From Candidatus Micrarchaeaceae archaeon (lineage in GTDB: Archaea > Micrarchaeota > Micrarchaeia > Micrarchaeales > CABMGC01), in contig JAVYRW010000001.1 of assembly GCA_038730205.1 (NCBI GenBank), forward strand, positions 1 to 47,345: a stretch of DNA of 47,345 nucleotides, in the 5' to 3' direction. Below are positions 45,998 through 47,345 of the stretch, one piece after another. Each line of letters opens with the position of its first letter. Position 1 is the stretch's first letter. Below the pieces are notes generated by a model. It had not been told where the DNA came from, did not search any database, and saw nothing but the letters and a program-made list of their open reading frames with translations. Position numbers and translations under genes: made by a program.

Positions 45998-47345
45998 TTG
46001 TCAGGATTTGAGGAATTGTCCTTAAATGCCACTTTTGTAGATGTATTAAAAAGAAACGGAATAATATCTCCGACAGAAGTGCAGCAGAAAGCGGTACCAC
46101 TATTGCTTTCAGGAAAGGACGTAATTGTAAGATCAAAAACAGGTAGTGGAAAGACGTTAGCGTTCTTAATACCAACGTTAAACAGAGCATATTCTAACCA
46201 TAAGAGTACAACTTTGGTTTTAGCTCCTACAAGAGAGTTAGCTTTGCAAATATCAACTGTGGCTGAAAAACTAAAACCACGTGGTTTTGGAATAGCAACG
46301 GTCTACGGCGGAGCATCAATGAATGTTCAAATTGATTCTTTGTCAAGGAATCCACGTTTAATTATTGGAACCCCAGGAAGAATAATTGATTTAATAAAAA
46401 GAGATGCATTATCTCTTTATCAAATTTCAACTGTAGTAATAGACGAAGCAGATACTATGTTAGATATGGGTTTTATAGAAGATGTTGAATATATTTTATC
46501 TGAAACTCCAAAAGAAAAACAAGCACTTTTATTTTCAGCAACAATGCCTGATAAAATAATAAAAATATCCCATAACTACATGCACGAACCAACTATGCTT
46601 AAAATAGGCGAGGAAGAAGGCTTAACAGTAAAGAAAATAAAACATCTATACTTTATTGCTGATGGTTCAAGAAAATTAGAAGCACTTCTTGCATATATAA
46701 ATGAACACAATCCAAAAAAAGCAGTAGTATTCTTAAAAACAAAAAGAGAAGCAAATTTAATACATCATTTTCTTAGAAAAAATAATTTTGATGCTATGTT
46801 ACTACATGGTGGTTTAACACAATCAAAAAGAGAACATTCATTAAGTAATTTTAGAAAAGGAGTACGTTTTCTTATAGCTACAAACGTTGCAGCTAGAGGT
46901 ATAGATGTTAACGATATAACTGATGTTATAAATTTTGATGTACCCGACGATCCTTATGTTTATGTACATAGGGTAGGAAGATCAGCAAGAATGGGAAAAG
47001 AAGGAAAAGCATTTACAATTGTTAATAGGCAAGAAAAAAATATAATTGAAGACATAAAATACGTAGCAAAAATAAACATTGATCTTATTAATTTAGATAC
47101 TTATTCGTACAAGGACATCGTTTCAGAGTTCCTGAAAACAGAAAGAAACAGAGACAGTTTTGATGGTGAAAGAGGAAACAGAAGATTCAGTAATAGGAGA
47201 TTTGATCAAAGAAGAGGTTTTGATAACAGAACTAATAACAGAAATAATGAAAGAAATAATAACAGAGATAGAAACTCTTATAACTCAAGCGATAACAGAA
47301 ATAAAAATAGAAGAAGAAATGATAATCAAAATAGCTATGGAAGAA
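45998..47345 (+). CDS. DEAD-box ATP-dependent RNA helicase (3' end beyond window)
   Basis: This ORF is not in the ORF track because no stop lies inside the window. It has a Q-motif region FEELSLNATF...PTEVQ, motif I SKTGSGKT, motif II VIDEAD, SAT and HRVGRSAR, followed by an Arg/Asn-rich tail. The start is TTG 45998 or the in-frame GTG at 45989. An upstream in-frame stop lies at 45965-45967. Confidence 0.9.
   Translation, partial: MSGFEELSLNATFVDVLKRNGIISPTEVQQKAVPLLLSGKDVIVRSKTGSGKTLAFLIPTLNRAYSNHKSTTLVLAPTRELALQISTVAEKLKPRGFGIATVYGGASMNVQIDSLSRNPRLIIGTPGRIIDLIKRDALSLYQISTVVIDEADTMLDMGFIEDVEYILSETPKEKQALLFSATMPDKIIKISHNYMHEPTMLKIGEEEGLTVKKIKHLYFIADGSRKLEALLAYINEHNPKKAVVFLKTKREANLIHHFLRKNNFDAMLLHGGLTQSKREHSLSNFRKGVRFLIATNVAARGIDVNDITDVINFDVPDDPYVYVHRVGRSARMGKEGKAFTIVNRQEKNIIEDIKYVAKINIDLINLDTYSYKDIVSEFLKTERNRDSFDGERGNRRFSNRRFDQRRGFDNRTNNRNNERNNNRDRNSYNSSDNRNKNRRRNDNQNSYGR

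Overview
Strongly AT-rich (by eye roughly 25-30% G+C), extremely compact archaeal chromosome segment with about 45 protein genes, 3 tRNAs and very little spacer. Most genes are core information-processing genes: tmk-dcd, a long tRNA-splicing endonuclease, Kae1/Bud32, CysRS, EF-1alpha-S10, an Lhr-type helicase, DNA gyrase B/A, TFE, a GINS-like/L44e/eIF2alpha/PAC2 cluster, RadA, diphthine synthase, Taw1, and the RNA polymerase operon rpoH-B''-B'-A'-A''. A DEAD-box helicase follows the operon and runs off the right edge. Between these lie several Asn-rich, N-terminally anchored surface proteins, a large adhesin with a class III (type IV pilin-like) signal peptide, an MFS transporter, an amidohydrolase, and an orphan SPPY-motif methyltransferase next to tRNA-Lys. 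The gene set, split rpoB, gyrase, frequent GGTGA-type ribosome-binding sites with TTG/GTG starts, and abutting convergent genes suggest a small-genome (DPANN-like) archaeon, but this is inference only. I saw no CRISPR array, rRNA, transposase, integrase or recognisable toxin/defence module. I did not find a convincing novel multi-gene system. The points most worth a second look are: (1) a 385-aa multi-unit EndA with an extra C-terminal repeat; (2) an eL41 mini-gene missing from the ORF track; (3) an RNHCP zinc-ribbon gene whose first CxxC lies upstream of any canonical start codon; (4) a GC-rich nested hairpin island in the divergent spacer upstream of radA; (5) a TFE with a lysine-rich N-terminal extension; (6) repeated pairing of small winged-helix-like proteins with large surface proteins, once translationally coupled to Lhr.
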